Shown here in pieces: positions 41,969 to 54,214 of a stretch of 64,000 bases of DNA. Location: the NCBI RefSeq assembly GCF_009914755.1, contig NC_060934.1. One strand, given 5' to 3'. This stretch comes from the human T2T-CHM13v2.0 reference genome, Homo sapiens. The notes under the pieces are model-generated. The model ran no database searches and was not told the DNA's origin. It was given only the letters and a program-made list of their open reading frames with translations. How positions within the stretch are numbered: the stretch's first letter is position 1; each line of letters starts with the position of its first letter. The position numbers and the translations under genes are program-made.

Positions 41969-43600
41969 TTGAATATAAGTATTCATTATTTTAAATCATA
42001 AAAAATAATTTAAAATGTGGAGTGAAAACATCACCCATAATCCTGTCATCTCCAAACAACTGTAATTAACACGATAGAGTATTTCCTCCAAGTCTTTTTT
42101 CTCCAGGCACGTGTACGTGTTTAATATAGTCCTGCCATATTGTATAGACAATTTTGCATCCTGCTCTTTTTACTTAAAATTATAACAGAAGGATTTTCTC
42201 ATGTTATTTCCTTTGACTCTGTTCCCTGCACAATCCACTTCCTTTCCTACTCAGCTCTTTGGCAGAAAAAGTTTGTAGACTGCACAAATAACTGGAAGGA
42301 GTACTGACTTTTTTTGGTTTCCGGGGGAATGTGAGCAAAGAGAGGAGAAAGAAAGATTAAAAAGGGCAGGTCTTGGTGACTCTCACAGGGCTGCTGAAAT
42401 AAACAAATGTCATATTCTATGAGAGCATGCCTTGAAATGGCTATATTTATCAGCATTATAGTCATTAATCACTAAATTTATTTTTCCCCATTTTTTAAAT
42501 AACTGAGTCCACTGGACAGCCTTGAATGCTAGTGGAGGGTGGTGCTCTCCTGCCACAGCCCACTGCAGGGAAAACAGTAATTTCCCAGAGAACCTATGGA
42601 TTTACTGTGGGATGTGGGCGATAACAGGGTTTTCTAAAAGCACTTTCTGCTTCAGGTGAGGAGAAGATGCTGTTCTGAGAGCTGCTGATAATACGTGGAT
42701 CCAAACCCACAGGCTTGAGCTGCTTAATTGAAATTCACGTCAAAATGAAATTCTGGTTTAGCTCAACTTGACTACTATGGATGATGAAAATAAATCCCTG
42801 GGTCACACAAGGATAGTGATTGAGTAGAGCTTGTTTGCTGGCACAGGAATGACATTTCAACTGGAATTAAATTGTCGTCAGTTAACAGAACTGAATTTTC
42901 AGTCATTCTTTGACTTGAATTTTCTTTTTTCCCAAGATAACATGGACAGGACCCAGGTATTTTCAATGACTCAGAAAAGAGTTCATTTGGCTATGGGCTT
43001 ACCCAGCTTTAAACGGGCTCTGCTGTCCCTGAAGAACAGAGCCAAGGGAAGGTGGGGTACCTTGTCGTCCCTCCTCCTCTCATTTTCCATCCTGTCTGTC
43101 CGGTCTATAAACATTCTGTGGCTCTACCTCTAGAATCTCCTCTGCTACACCCATGGCCAGACCACCCCATCTCATGCCTAGACTACTGTGGTCCCTTCAG
43201 CCATTATCCCCACAGGAGTGAGAGCAACCTCTCAAAAACCAAACCCACCTGTGCCAATCCCCTGCTCACAGCCCTCAATGGCTTCTTGTTGCCCTGACAC
43301 CAAAACCCTCATTTGCAGCCCTGCTGATGGACTCCCTTTCCGACCCACCTCTACCTTTCCCCACATGCTGTGCCCTGGTCGCCCATGCCTCCTTCCTAGT
43401 TCTTGAAGCCCCCAAACTCGTTCCTGCCTCAGGGCCTTGGCACATGCTCATGCCTCTATCTGTCTCCTCCCCAACTCGTTACAGAAAGGACTCCTGATTA
43501 GTCAGATATTGACTCAAAAATGCCTTCCTTGGTGAGGCTTCCCTGAATAACTTCTGCTTTACTTCATTTCTGGCACACTCATTCTTGGAAAGAAGCTTGC

Positions 43601-43974
43601 CGTATTAGTCCGTTCTCATGCTGCTATAAAAAACTGCCTGAGACTGGGTACTTTATAAAGAAAAGAGGCTTGATTCACTGTTCCTTATGGCTGAGAAGGC
43701 CTCAGGAAACTTACAATCATGGTGAAAGAGGAAGCAAACACGTCCTTCTTCACAAGGCAGCAGGAAGGAAAAATGCAGTGGGAAGGGGGGCAAAGCCCCT
43801 TATAAAACCACCAGGTCTCATGAGAATTCACTCACTATCATGAGAACAGCATGGGGGAACTGCCTCCATGGTCTAATCACCTCCCATGAAGCCCCTCACC
43901 CAACACGTGGGGATTACAATTTGGATTACAATTCAAGATGAGATTTTGGGTGGGGACACAGTCAAATCATGTCA
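43601..43974 (-). mobile_element. THE1 solo LTR (THE1C-like)
   Basis: gtattagtccgttctcatgctgc...gggtggggacacag; perfect 5-bp TSD cttgc. Confidence 0.92.
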
Positions 43975-44011
43975 CTTGCTTTCTCATTCCTTCAAGCCCA
44001 TCTTCTTGCTC

Positions 44012-44395
44012 TGATTTGGTTTGGATTTGTGTCCCTGCCCAAATTTCATGTTGAATTGTAATTTCCATTGTTCGAGGAGGGTCATGATGGGAGGTGATTG
44101 GATCATGGGGGTGGATTTCCTCCTTGCTTTTCTCATGATAGTGAGTGAATTCTCGTGAGACCTGGTTGTTTAAAAGTGTGTGGCGCCTTCCCTTTTGTTC
44201 TCTTCCTCCTTCTCTGGCCATGTAAGACATGCCTGCTTCCCCTTGACATTCCACCATGATTGTAAGTTTCCTGAGGCCTCCCCAGCCATGCTTCCTGTAC
44301 AGCCTGTGGAACTGTGAGGAAATTAAACCTCCCTTCTTTATAAATTACCTAGTCTCAGGTAGTACTTTAGCACAATGTGAGAATGGACTAATACA
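44012..44395 (+). mobile_element. THE1 solo LTR (THE1D-like)
   Basis: tgatttggtttggatttgtgtccc...gattgtaagtttcctgaggcctcccc...aatggactaataca. Confidence 0.92.
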
Positions 44396-45169
44396 GTCTC
44401 CCCAGTTTGAAGTAAGCTTCTTGAAAACAAGAATGTTGTTAGATGTTGGTCAACATGATTTAGAAAGTACCTGTTGGGTACTTAATAAATATTAGTTGAA
44501 TAAAAGAATAAATGAACATGCAGCTCTGAAAAGGCATGGTCTGTATTATTAGACATGGAGGAGGATATTTTGGAGTGTCAGCTTCTCTCCAACCAATGGC
44601 TGCTTGGTTTTTACCACTAGTTTCTTGCACATTGGACTTGTCTTTAAACCATGAAAGGATCCCTTTAACACTCATTAAAGTCAGGCAAGTGAAAGTCTTA
44701 TTTCTAGTACAGGAAAGCAAAAGCGTGACTCTAACTAAAATGTCAAGTGCCCTAAGGTGTGAAAAATATTTAAAAACTTTCCATTTGCTCTTTTGTGGTA
44801 GTACCCTTTGTCAAAAGGTTTTCTCCAACTTTATTCATGCCTGATAAATGGAAGAGGAGAGTTTTCCCAGAATACCATAAAATACACCAGCTAGACAGGG
44901 CTATGAGATTTAAGTGGCTTCCTGCCTGTCCCAGTGCCTGGAGGGGTAAAGGGGAGGAAAGAAACTTTTGAGCTTGAAGACTGCTGGAGGGAAGAAAAGA
45001 GAAAACATAAACTTAGGTCCCAGAAGCTTCTGAGATGGAAGGGATCAGACCCCAACCCTTGTCACCAAGGGCCCACATTACTGAAGCCCGCTAGGTGGGC
45101 TGGCTGGTCCTGGTCAAAGTCCAATGACCAGAAAGGGTGCAAGCTTCTACTGACCTCAGCCTCCCGCTT

Positions 45170-45635
45170 CCAGTTACAGGCCCCATCCCTCTGACCAGGG
45201 GTAGGGAAATGACCCATCCCGGCCCAATCATAATCTTCCATCACCCTGACTACCATGATTGGCATAGGGATGGTCACATGACACAACCAGGCCCATCAGA
45301 GTCCTTTCCTGGGACTTTCCTGCCTGGAGCTGGAAGGGAAGAGTCCTCTATAATCTCTAAGGACCTCAACCCAGAGTGGCCTGAGATGGAGCAACCTGAA
45401 GAAAGCCCACTTGCTGTCAGAGAGAGTGAAAAAACCAGCAGACACAGACAAAGGAGTCCCAAGGACATTTGTGCTCAGAGTAGAAGGTGTTGGTGCCCAC
45501 TCCATAGCCCCGGCCCACCTGAGTTCTCTAGCAGCAGCAGCCTAGGGACAGCTTCCCTCCCATCTCAAGTCCCCACATGTTTCCCCTCTTCCTGAGGCCT
45601 TTCTCCACCTTGTTCTGTCTCTGATGCAACCAGGC
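45170..45635 (+). mobile_element. MaLR LTR, MLT1K-like
   Basis: gattggcatagggatggtcacatgacacaaccaggcccatcagagtcctttcctgggacttt. Confidence 0.6.
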
Positions 45636-45639
45636 ACAC

Positions 45640-46050
45640 CCTAAACAGGGAGATTAGGTTCCCAGGGGCAACCCTCAGTCGGGGACGGGAGTTGATTGAC
45701 AAACACCCCCAGCCTCCCATTCTAGTACCGAGAAGATGCTGATGCTGATGCGATGGCTTCTCAGAGGGTCCCTACCAGAAAGGCCCTGTTGCCCCTAGCA
45801 TAACTCACCACTCAGGCACATCTTCCTGGGTAATTCATCCTCCCAGGCGCATCCTCCTGCGTAACTCGCCCCTCGGGCACATCCTCCTGGGTAACTCCCC
45901 ACTCGGGCATATCCTCCTGGGTATTCTCAATTTCCTGTCCCACTTTTCCCCCAGGTCCTTACAAGGACTTTCTGGAAACACCTTTTAAGTAAACTACCTG
46001 CACTCACCTACTTCTCTCGGAGTCAGCTTTTAGGGAACCCAAACTAATCA
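45640..46050 (+). mobile_element. ERVL LTR, LTR16A-like
   Basis: gggagttgattgacaaacacccccagc...taaactacctgcactc...agggaacccaaactaa. Confidence 0.65.
45801..45921. repeat. Minisatellite, 4 x 30-31 bp
   Basis: Unit taactcNccNctcgggcacatcctcctggg at 45801, 45831, 45862, 45892. Confidence 0.92.
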
Positions 46051-47671
46051 GGAATGGCCTGTCTGTGGATTATCCCTAAAGCCAGTTCAGTCTCTGCCTT
46101 TTTCCCCCCTAAGGTTGAGTAATTGAATTAAATCCTGTCATTCTCAAACAAAGAATCATGAAACAGAGAAGGTGGGTAAGTCACTCAACCCTGGGATTTT
46201 GAGAGAAGTGGTCACTGGGGGATGTAGGGTGGTGGTCTCTCAACCTTATCTGAGCTCACACCTCCCAACCCATGGAAATAATTGAGGCCCAGATGCCATG
46301 AACTGGGCATATCCCTGTAGAGGGTAAGTAACTGTCTGTCCTCCCACCCAAAGAAGCCTGCATTGAGCAGAGTTTGGCTTCAGCCACAGAGGCAGCAGTG
46401 AGAGGAGGAGGCTGAGCTCCACTCATACAAGGCCACAGTGACGCATGGTCTTAGGGGGTAAGCAGGGGCTCTCACCAGACCTCAGGGATGGGGTGGTTTT
46501 CCCTACTCAGCCAGCTGGAGGAAGCGAATCTGAGTGCCTTCCCATGGCAAGGCCAAGGGAGTGAGAAAGCCAAGGAACATGCTCAGAGAGATGGCCAGCA
46601 GCATCCCGCAGGGGTGGGGTGGAGTGGTGCCCTCAGGGAGGGCTGGCAGCCTGTATCCTAACTGATGCATCATCCCTAAGAAGAATCATGAGTTTCACCT
46701 CAGTGATGTCTAGCTGTAAAGCACTTTCACTCCCATAATTTAACTGTATCTTCTTAACCTCAAATTCTAGACCACAAATTTTCTGCACATTTCACAGAGG
46801 AGGAAGTTCAGGCTCTGGAAGGTGAGGTGGCTGCCAGCTCCACAGGGCCAGGGTGCATCCCTAAAAACAGATAACTTCCCCAGTCTCAAGAGCATGGTCA
46901 TGTCTTTCAAATAAATGCACATACCTAACTTTAAGTTTGGTTCTTCCATTCTGCTGCGTGCGTGCCTACAGATCCAAAGTGGTGGCCAAGTGCACTGGAT
47001 TTTATCATTTATTTGAGTGAACTTGACTGCTTACTTAGCTGCTTAAAAGTTTAGTTGAGAGTGATTCAGCGGCATACACCTAAAGGCACCAATTCATCAT
47101 TTGTTCATTCAGACAATCAATAAATAAACCTCGGGAATTTACATGGATTAAGAGCTCAAAGTCTTCTTGAAGTGGTATTTTTCAGCACTTATTTCACTTT
47201 GGGTTGCTAGGAGATAAATTGGTTTTTTTAAAAAAGCAATTTGCATAAAGACCAGGAAAGCATTTTAATAATGTCAATATATAGCCAAATGGACTAAAGT
47301 GCTAAAGTGACAATTTTTCACTAGATAATTAAGCCTCCAAATTTAAATGTTATAAAAGAGATATAGTTGTATTCCATGGAGATCTATTCCACTTAGGTAG
47401 CTAATTATTTCTCAAGAACAACACTGAGTCATGTTAGACATCTTCTTGCTAATCTAATAATATTAAGAAACTAGGAGATGGTCCTATCCTACCACACAAT
47501 CAGAAATGGAAAACTGGTAGGATTTTAATTGCAGAATTGTGGGAAATTTATTCTTCTAATCACTAGCACAAATCTGACAATCTGTCCAGCAGCCAGGAAC
47601 TAAATTGAAGTTTACTTTCCCTGATACATATGTTGTAAATTTCACTAATTTGAACGGGTGGAGAGGAAGGC

Positions 47672-48081
47672 TGTCTTAGTTCATTTGTGCTGCCATAACA
47701 AAATCCCCGAGACTGGGTAACTTAAAAGCAACAGAAATTTATTTCTCACAGTTCTGGAGGCTGGAAGTCCAAAATTAAGGTGCCTGCAAGTTCAATGTCT
47801 GGTAAGGGCATGGTCTGTGTTTTCAAGATGGTGCCTCTTGCTGTGTCCTCCTCCAGAGGGAATGAACGCTGTGTTTTTGCATAGCAGAAAGGGTGGAAGA
47901 ACAAAAGGTTCTTTTTGTTTTGAATGCTGCATGGATCCTCTTTTGTAAGGTATTAATCTCATTCATGAGGGCAAAGTCTTCATGACTTAATCACCTCCTA
48001 AAGGCAGAACTTCTCAATACTATCATACTGGCAATTGAATTTCAGCATGTAAATTGTAGAGGACACACTCAGACTCTAGCA
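47672..48081 (-). mobile_element. MaLR solo LTR, MSTD-like
   Basis: tgtcttagttcatttgtgctgccataaca..aaatttatttctcacagttctggaggctgg..ttcaagatggtgcc. Confidence 0.85.
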
Positions 48082-48266
48082 AAAAGCCCATCTATTTTGG
48101 TTAAAAATATCAGCTGTAGGACTTATGTAATACTTTTAAAATGTTTTCCTTCAAGTCCAAATAGAATCTTGAGTCTGGAACAAAATAATTATATAAGTGT
48201 TAGCCATTATTATTGCCTCAATATAGATACATAGCCTGGAAGAAACTAAAAAATTCTTTGAAACAG

Positions 48267-48795
48267 TATGGTAGATCATTTGCAAAGAGTCTGATCATTC
48301 TTCCCATCCGTGTACTCCAGCCTTTTCATCCTGTGACTTTACCGCTTCTCCCACCCAGAGAGGCAGAAAAGATATCTCTCCCCACCACCCCCAAATCTGT
48401 CAGGCCTGTGACTTGCTTTGAACAACAGGTTGTGGAGGGAGTGACACTGTGGGAGCTTAGAGCAGGCCTCAGAGACCTCAAATCTTCCACTCCTGTCCTC
48501 TTCGAGCTGCTGCCACTATGCAAAAAAGGTCCCACCTGGCACTGTGGACATGAAAGACCACCTCGAGAGAGAGGCATGCCTGCCATGTTATGAGTCTATC
48601 TTGGACCCAACAGCCCCAGGACAGCTACCAGACTAGGGCCACCTGAAAGACTCCAGGCAAGACCAGCAGAATCACTGCCCAGCAGAGCCCAGCCAAAGCT
48701 GCTGACACACAAAACTGTCCACAAATAAAATGGATGTTGTTTGAACGCACTAAGTTTTGGGGTGGCTTGTAATGCAGCAACAGATCACTGATACA
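48267..48795 (+). mobile_element. MaLR solo LTR, MLT1G-like
   Basis: ggcctgtgacttgctttg...ccagcagaatcactgcccagcagagcccagcc...ctaagttttggggtgg...ctgataca. Confidence 0.8.
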
Positions 48796-48939
48796 AATGG
48801 GTTTTTAATAAATGTAGATAATTCAGAAATAAGAGTATAAAAATAATCCTCGTAATCCTACCCCGAATTTTAACAGCCATTAATATGTTGGTATTTTCCT
48901 TCCAAAGTTTTTCTTTATGTTTTTTACAAGGATGAAAAC

Positions 48940-49328
48940 ATTGATCTGAAATGCATCTTCTACCTCCAGTTCATCTGTTGACGCCCTTACCACCAAGGTG
49001 ACTGTATTTGGAGATAGAAGCTTTAGGGAGCTAATTAAGGTTAAATGACATCATAAGTGTGGGGCCCTAATCCAATGGAATAGTGTACTTGTAAAAAGAG
49101 GCAGAGACACCAGAGATTTCTCTCTCTCTCCTCCTCCTCTCATGTGCAGAGGAAAGCCTCTGTAAGAATGCAGCAGCAAGAAGATAGCTGTCTACAAGCC
49201 AAGGGGAGAGACCTCACCAGAAACCAACTGTGACTTCCAAAGGGCAGAAATGTGAGAAAATACATTTCTGTCACGTAGTTCATCCATCCTGTAGTATTTT
49301 GTTACAGCAGCCTGAGAGGACTACTACA
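48940..49328 (+). mobile_element. MaLR solo LTR, MLT1A-like
   Basis: gtgactgtatttggagatag..taattaaggttaaatga..ggggccctaatcc. Confidence 0.85.
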
Positions 49329-49431
49329 CATATTAACATTTTGAACATCTGCTGTTTCATGGACCCAATACAAATGTTTCTTCATGTCATAGATAGTCTT
49401 CAACATCATTTTAAACAATAGCTCAGATGAA

Positions 49432-50589
49432 TGTCTCAACATGGGTCCCTTAGAAAATCCAGCCTTAGGCAAGGATTAACCTGCTGATACTTTCTTAGGG
49501 AGGTGCAAGCTCCGGGAAGAGACCTTGAGAAGAATGGAAAGAAAAACACCAGGAAAAACACAAATGCTGTGTGATGAGTCACTGTGTTGACTGAGATCTC
49601 ATGACAAACTGCACAAAGACATAGCAGGTCAGTCATCCCCTGGCTTAAGGTGTGTCCCGAGGGGCTGCGAGGAGGAGCTATACCATGGACGAGTTCCCAG
49701 AGGGAGAAAGTGGAGAGGATGTACCTGCCCAATTCCCTCCTGCCTCCCACTTCCAGCAGGTCAAGAGTCACCCCCAGAGGGAGTGTCTTGAGCTTAGAAG
49801 ACAATACCCCAAAGTATGGCACGTTGGTGTGCTGAGTACTTTGAGCTGAGGAAGCTTGGGGAGGCCTCAGAAGCAAGGTCTCTTCAACCTTCTCCCCTTT
49901 CTCCCCCAAGGCCTGTCATAGAAAACAAAAATCCTCTCCCCCAAGGTGGATCAAAGAAACTAGAACTCCTCTACCCCAAAGCTAGCCATAAAATATGGGA
50001 AGGTCACTCTGATCTCTCTTTCCCCTGAAAGCCCTCATGGGACAGGTGTCCTACCCTATGTGTAGAAGGGAAGGAAAGTCTTACAGAGACAGAGAAAAGA
50101 ATCCTAACAAACAGGGCTTTCTGGGTTCCCCGACAAAACTCACCCAGTTTGTTACCCCTTTTGTGTACAGTCATGTTTCTCCACAACTATCCACTTCTTT
50201 CATCAGACTTCGCATCAAAATCCATAGTTTTCTCCAGGCTTTTGGGACTTCATTTCCTTGGGAAGGCTCCCATGTCACATAAAACTTTCATTTAATGATT
50301 TGGATTCATTTCTGCTGTTAAGCTGTCTTTGTCAGTTTTACTTTCAGCCCTAGCATGGAACCCTAGGAAGGTTTGGAAACTTCCCTGCCCTACAGGAGCT
50401 AACTGTCCCATAGGACTGGGTTGTGTGGTCCAGTCCTTTGGGTTTGCACAGAAGCCCTGACTTGTGGTATTTTATCTAAGTTCAGTAATAGACGGCAACT
50501 GTGTGCAGGTGGGACACAGAGCTCAAATGACAGTGAGACAGAGGCCGTCTGGGGCATCTGACAAAGCACACAAGTTTGTGTCCTATACA
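49432..50589 (-). mobile_element. ERVL LTR (LTR33-like) split by MER39
   Basis: tgtctcaacatgggtccc..ggcaaggatt; resumes after 50398. Confidence 0.5.
49784..50394 (+). mobile_element. ERV1 solo LTR, MER39-like
   Basis: ataccccaaagtatggcac..tgctgagtactttgagc..gaaggctcccatgtcacataaaact..ccctaca; perfect 4-bp TSD ggag. Confidence 0.85.
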
Positions 50590-50963
50590 CATGTAGATAG
50601 CATAATTTAGTCAAATGTTTCAGTCCTATTATTGTATACTTAGTTGGTTTCCAATGTATTATCTTTATAAATAAGGTTGGGATAGGCATTTTTATAAGTT
50701 AACCCTTACTCTCATCTATGCTATTTCTTTAGTGTAAATGCCTAGAAGTAAAATCATTGGGTCAAAGGTAATGAACAACCTAGATAGACACTATTATGTA
50801 TCTTCATATATCTTGTAGTTTTCAGGTCTTGTACATTTCTTGTTAAATTTATACCTTGGTATTTTATTTTATCTTTTTGACTCTTGTGAATAGGATCTTA
50901 TTCCAATAATATATTCCTTAATGGGTTAGTGTGTATAATAGTCTATCAAAAAGATTTGCCAGG

Positions 50964-51251
50964 GTGGCTCTTGCCCGTACTTCCAGCAGTGTGAGAGGTC
51001 AAGGTGGGCAGATCGCTTGAGCCCGGGAGTTCGAGACCAGCCTGAACAACATTGTGAAACTCCGTCTCTACTAAAAATACAAAAAAAAAAAAAAAAAAAA
51101 ATTAGCCAGGCATGGTGTCACACACTTGTAGTCCCAGCTACTCAGGAGGCTGAAGGGGGAGGATTGCTTGAGTCCAGGAGGCAGAGGTCGCAGCACTGCA
51201 CTCCAGTCTGGGCTCCAAAATGAGACCCTGTCTAAAAAAAAAGAAGAAAAA
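50964..51251 (+). mobile_element. AluJ, 5' end truncated
   Basis: gatcgcttgagcccgggagttcgagacc; aaaaagatttgccagg repeated at 50948-50963 and 51252-51267. Confidence 0.9.
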
Positions 51252-51267
51252 AAAAAGATTTGCCAGG

Positions 51268-51653
51268 CGATATGGCTTGGATCTGTGTCCCCACCCAAAT
51301 CTCATGTTGAATTGTAATCCCCGGTGTTGGAGGTGGGGCCTGGTGGGAGGTGATTGGAAAGGTGGTTTCTAATGGACTAGCACCATCCCCCTAGTGCTGT
51401 TTTGTGATAGAGTCCTCTTAAGATCCAGTTGTTTAAAAGTGTGTAGTGTCTCCCTCCTCTCTCTATTTTCCTGTGCCTGCCATGTAGACGTGCCTACTTC
51501 CTCTTTGCCTTCCATCACGATTGTAAGTTTCCTGAGGCCTCCCCAGAAGCAGAAGCCTGTACAGTTCACAGAACTGTGAGCCAATTAAACCTCTTTTCTT
51601 CATAAATTACCCAATTTCAGGTATTTCTTTACAGCAGTACAAGAACAAATTCA
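51268..51653 (+). mobile_element. MSTA solo LTR
   Basis: gatatggcttggatctgtgtccccacccaaatctcatgttgaattgtaatcccc; ccccagaagcagaag. Confidence 0.88.
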
Positions 51654-51776
51654 CTGGGTGTGGTGGTGTGCTCCTGTAGTCCCAGCTACTCAGAGGCTCA
51701 GGCAGGTGAGTTGCTTAAGCCCAGGAGTTCGGGGCCAGCCTGGGCAACTTACTGAGACCCCATCTGGGGAAAAAAG
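51654..51776 (+). mobile_element. Alu monomer (FLAM_A-like)
   Basis: ctgggtgtggtggtgtgctcctgtagtcccagctactc...gcccaggagttc..cagcctgggcaac..gagaccccatct. Confidence 0.8.
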
Positions 51777-51950
51777 CATTTTATGTTTTGTATTATCATG
51801 TTTTAATTTAATTTTTAAAGGTTATTAAACTTACACAGTTGAAACTTTCAAAGTTTAAAAAAGTTACAGAGTAAAAAGCCTCCCACCAATATTCTCACTC
51901 CTGGAAACAATCAATGCTATCAGTTTCTTACCTTAGAGACACTTTATACA

Positions 51951-52250
51951 GGCCAGACCAGTGGCTCACACCTGTAATCCCAACACTTTGGAGGCCGAGG
52001 TTGGCAGAGCACCTGAAGTCAGGAGATCAAGACCAATCTGGCCAATGTGGTGAAAGCACATCTCTACTAAAAATACGAAAATTAGCCAGGCATGGTGGCA
52101 TGCACCTGTAATCCCAGCTACTCAGGAGGCTGAGGCAGGAGAATTGCTTGAACTGGGAGGTAGAGGTTGCAGTGAGCCAAGATCTCACCAGCCTGGGCTA
52201 CAAGGGCGAGCGAAGCTCTGTCTCAAAATTAAAAAAAAAAAAAAAAAAAA
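51951..52250 (+). mobile_element. AluS
   Basis: Full dimer; 14-bp TSD agacactttataca. Confidence 0.95.
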
Positions 52251-52796
52251 AGACACTTTATACACATGAAGCAGACACACACACACATATACACACGTAT
52301 CCTTCTCATTATAACTATAACAAGTAATAGTTCTTCTGTGCCTTGCTTTTGTTCATTTTGCAATGTATCTTGGAGATCATCCCATATTAGCCGCTAAGGA
52401 TTCCTTTTTTTGTTTTTTAACTAGATTCTCCATCTGGTGTGGATACCATAATCTATTTAATCATTGCACTGGTGACTGGCATTTAGAATGTTTCTAATCT
52501 TTTGCTATTTCAAAAACAGCGGTAACTTTGTAAATATATCACTTCATGCACATGTGAGTATATCTCTAGGATAAACTCTTAGTTGATGGGTTAATGAGTC
52601 AAAGGGTACAGACATTTGTAATTTGGATAGAACTCTCCATAGAGGTTGTACCAATTTACATTCCAAAAGGATTGTATCCAAGAGAGTCCCTCACCTTCAT
52701 CTCAGTGTGGTATTGACTTTCTCTATATTTGCAAGTGTGATTGGTTAAAAGTAGTATCTTAGTGTAGTTGTCATTTGATTTCACTTACTGTGAATA

Positions 52797-53524
<728 letters not shown>

Positions 53525-53659
53525 GAATGATTTTCAGCATCTTCCCATATGTTTAAAAACCATCTCTATTTCTTTTTTCTGAGAACTACCCGTTTATGTT
53601 CTTTGCCTATTTTCATGAGATTGTTTATTGTATAGATTTGTTAAAAACAGCAAACTCAC

Positions 53660-54200
53660 TGACTTCTCCTTTTCATTCTAATAGTTTGTCAGTTGACCCT
53701 GTTGGATTTTTCGGATGAATAGCTAAAACATCTGCAAATAATTACCACCCGTATCTCCTTTCTAATATTCTTATCTTTTTTCTGTGTATTTTTACACCAA
53801 CTTAGAATTTCCAGAAAAGCATTAAAAAATAGGGGTGATAGTGGCCACCCTTGTCTTATACCTGACTTTAAGGGGAAGGCTCCTAGCATTTCAGTAACAA
53901 GTGTGATATTGGTTGATACACTGAGATGGATACTCTACTATTTTAAAGGAGTGTCTTTCTATTCCCAGTTTACTGAGATACCATTAGTGTTTTGTAAATT
54001 TGATCAGTATTGGATATTGAGTTTTATTAAAATATTTCCAGAATACATTGAAAGAATCATATATTATTTATTTGTCTTATAATATGATAAATTATGTCAA
54101 TAGATTTCCTAACCCTAAACTATCTTTGCATTCCTGGGATAGTGCAAGACTCAATTATCTACTATTGTATTTAGGATTTCTGCATCTCTTATGTATAGTC
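53660..54200 (-). mobile_element. Old L1 ORF2 (reverse transcriptase) fragment
   Basis: ORF 53689..53889(-) AFPLKSGIRQGWPLSPLFFN matches the L1 RT motif G.RQGCPLSPLLF. Confidence 0.85.
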
Positions 54201-54214
54201 ATATGAAAAATTAC

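Noticed and set aside
45801-45921. CRISPR-like array
   Set aside because: Contiguous tandem units with no unique spacers, eukaryotic context, no cas genes.
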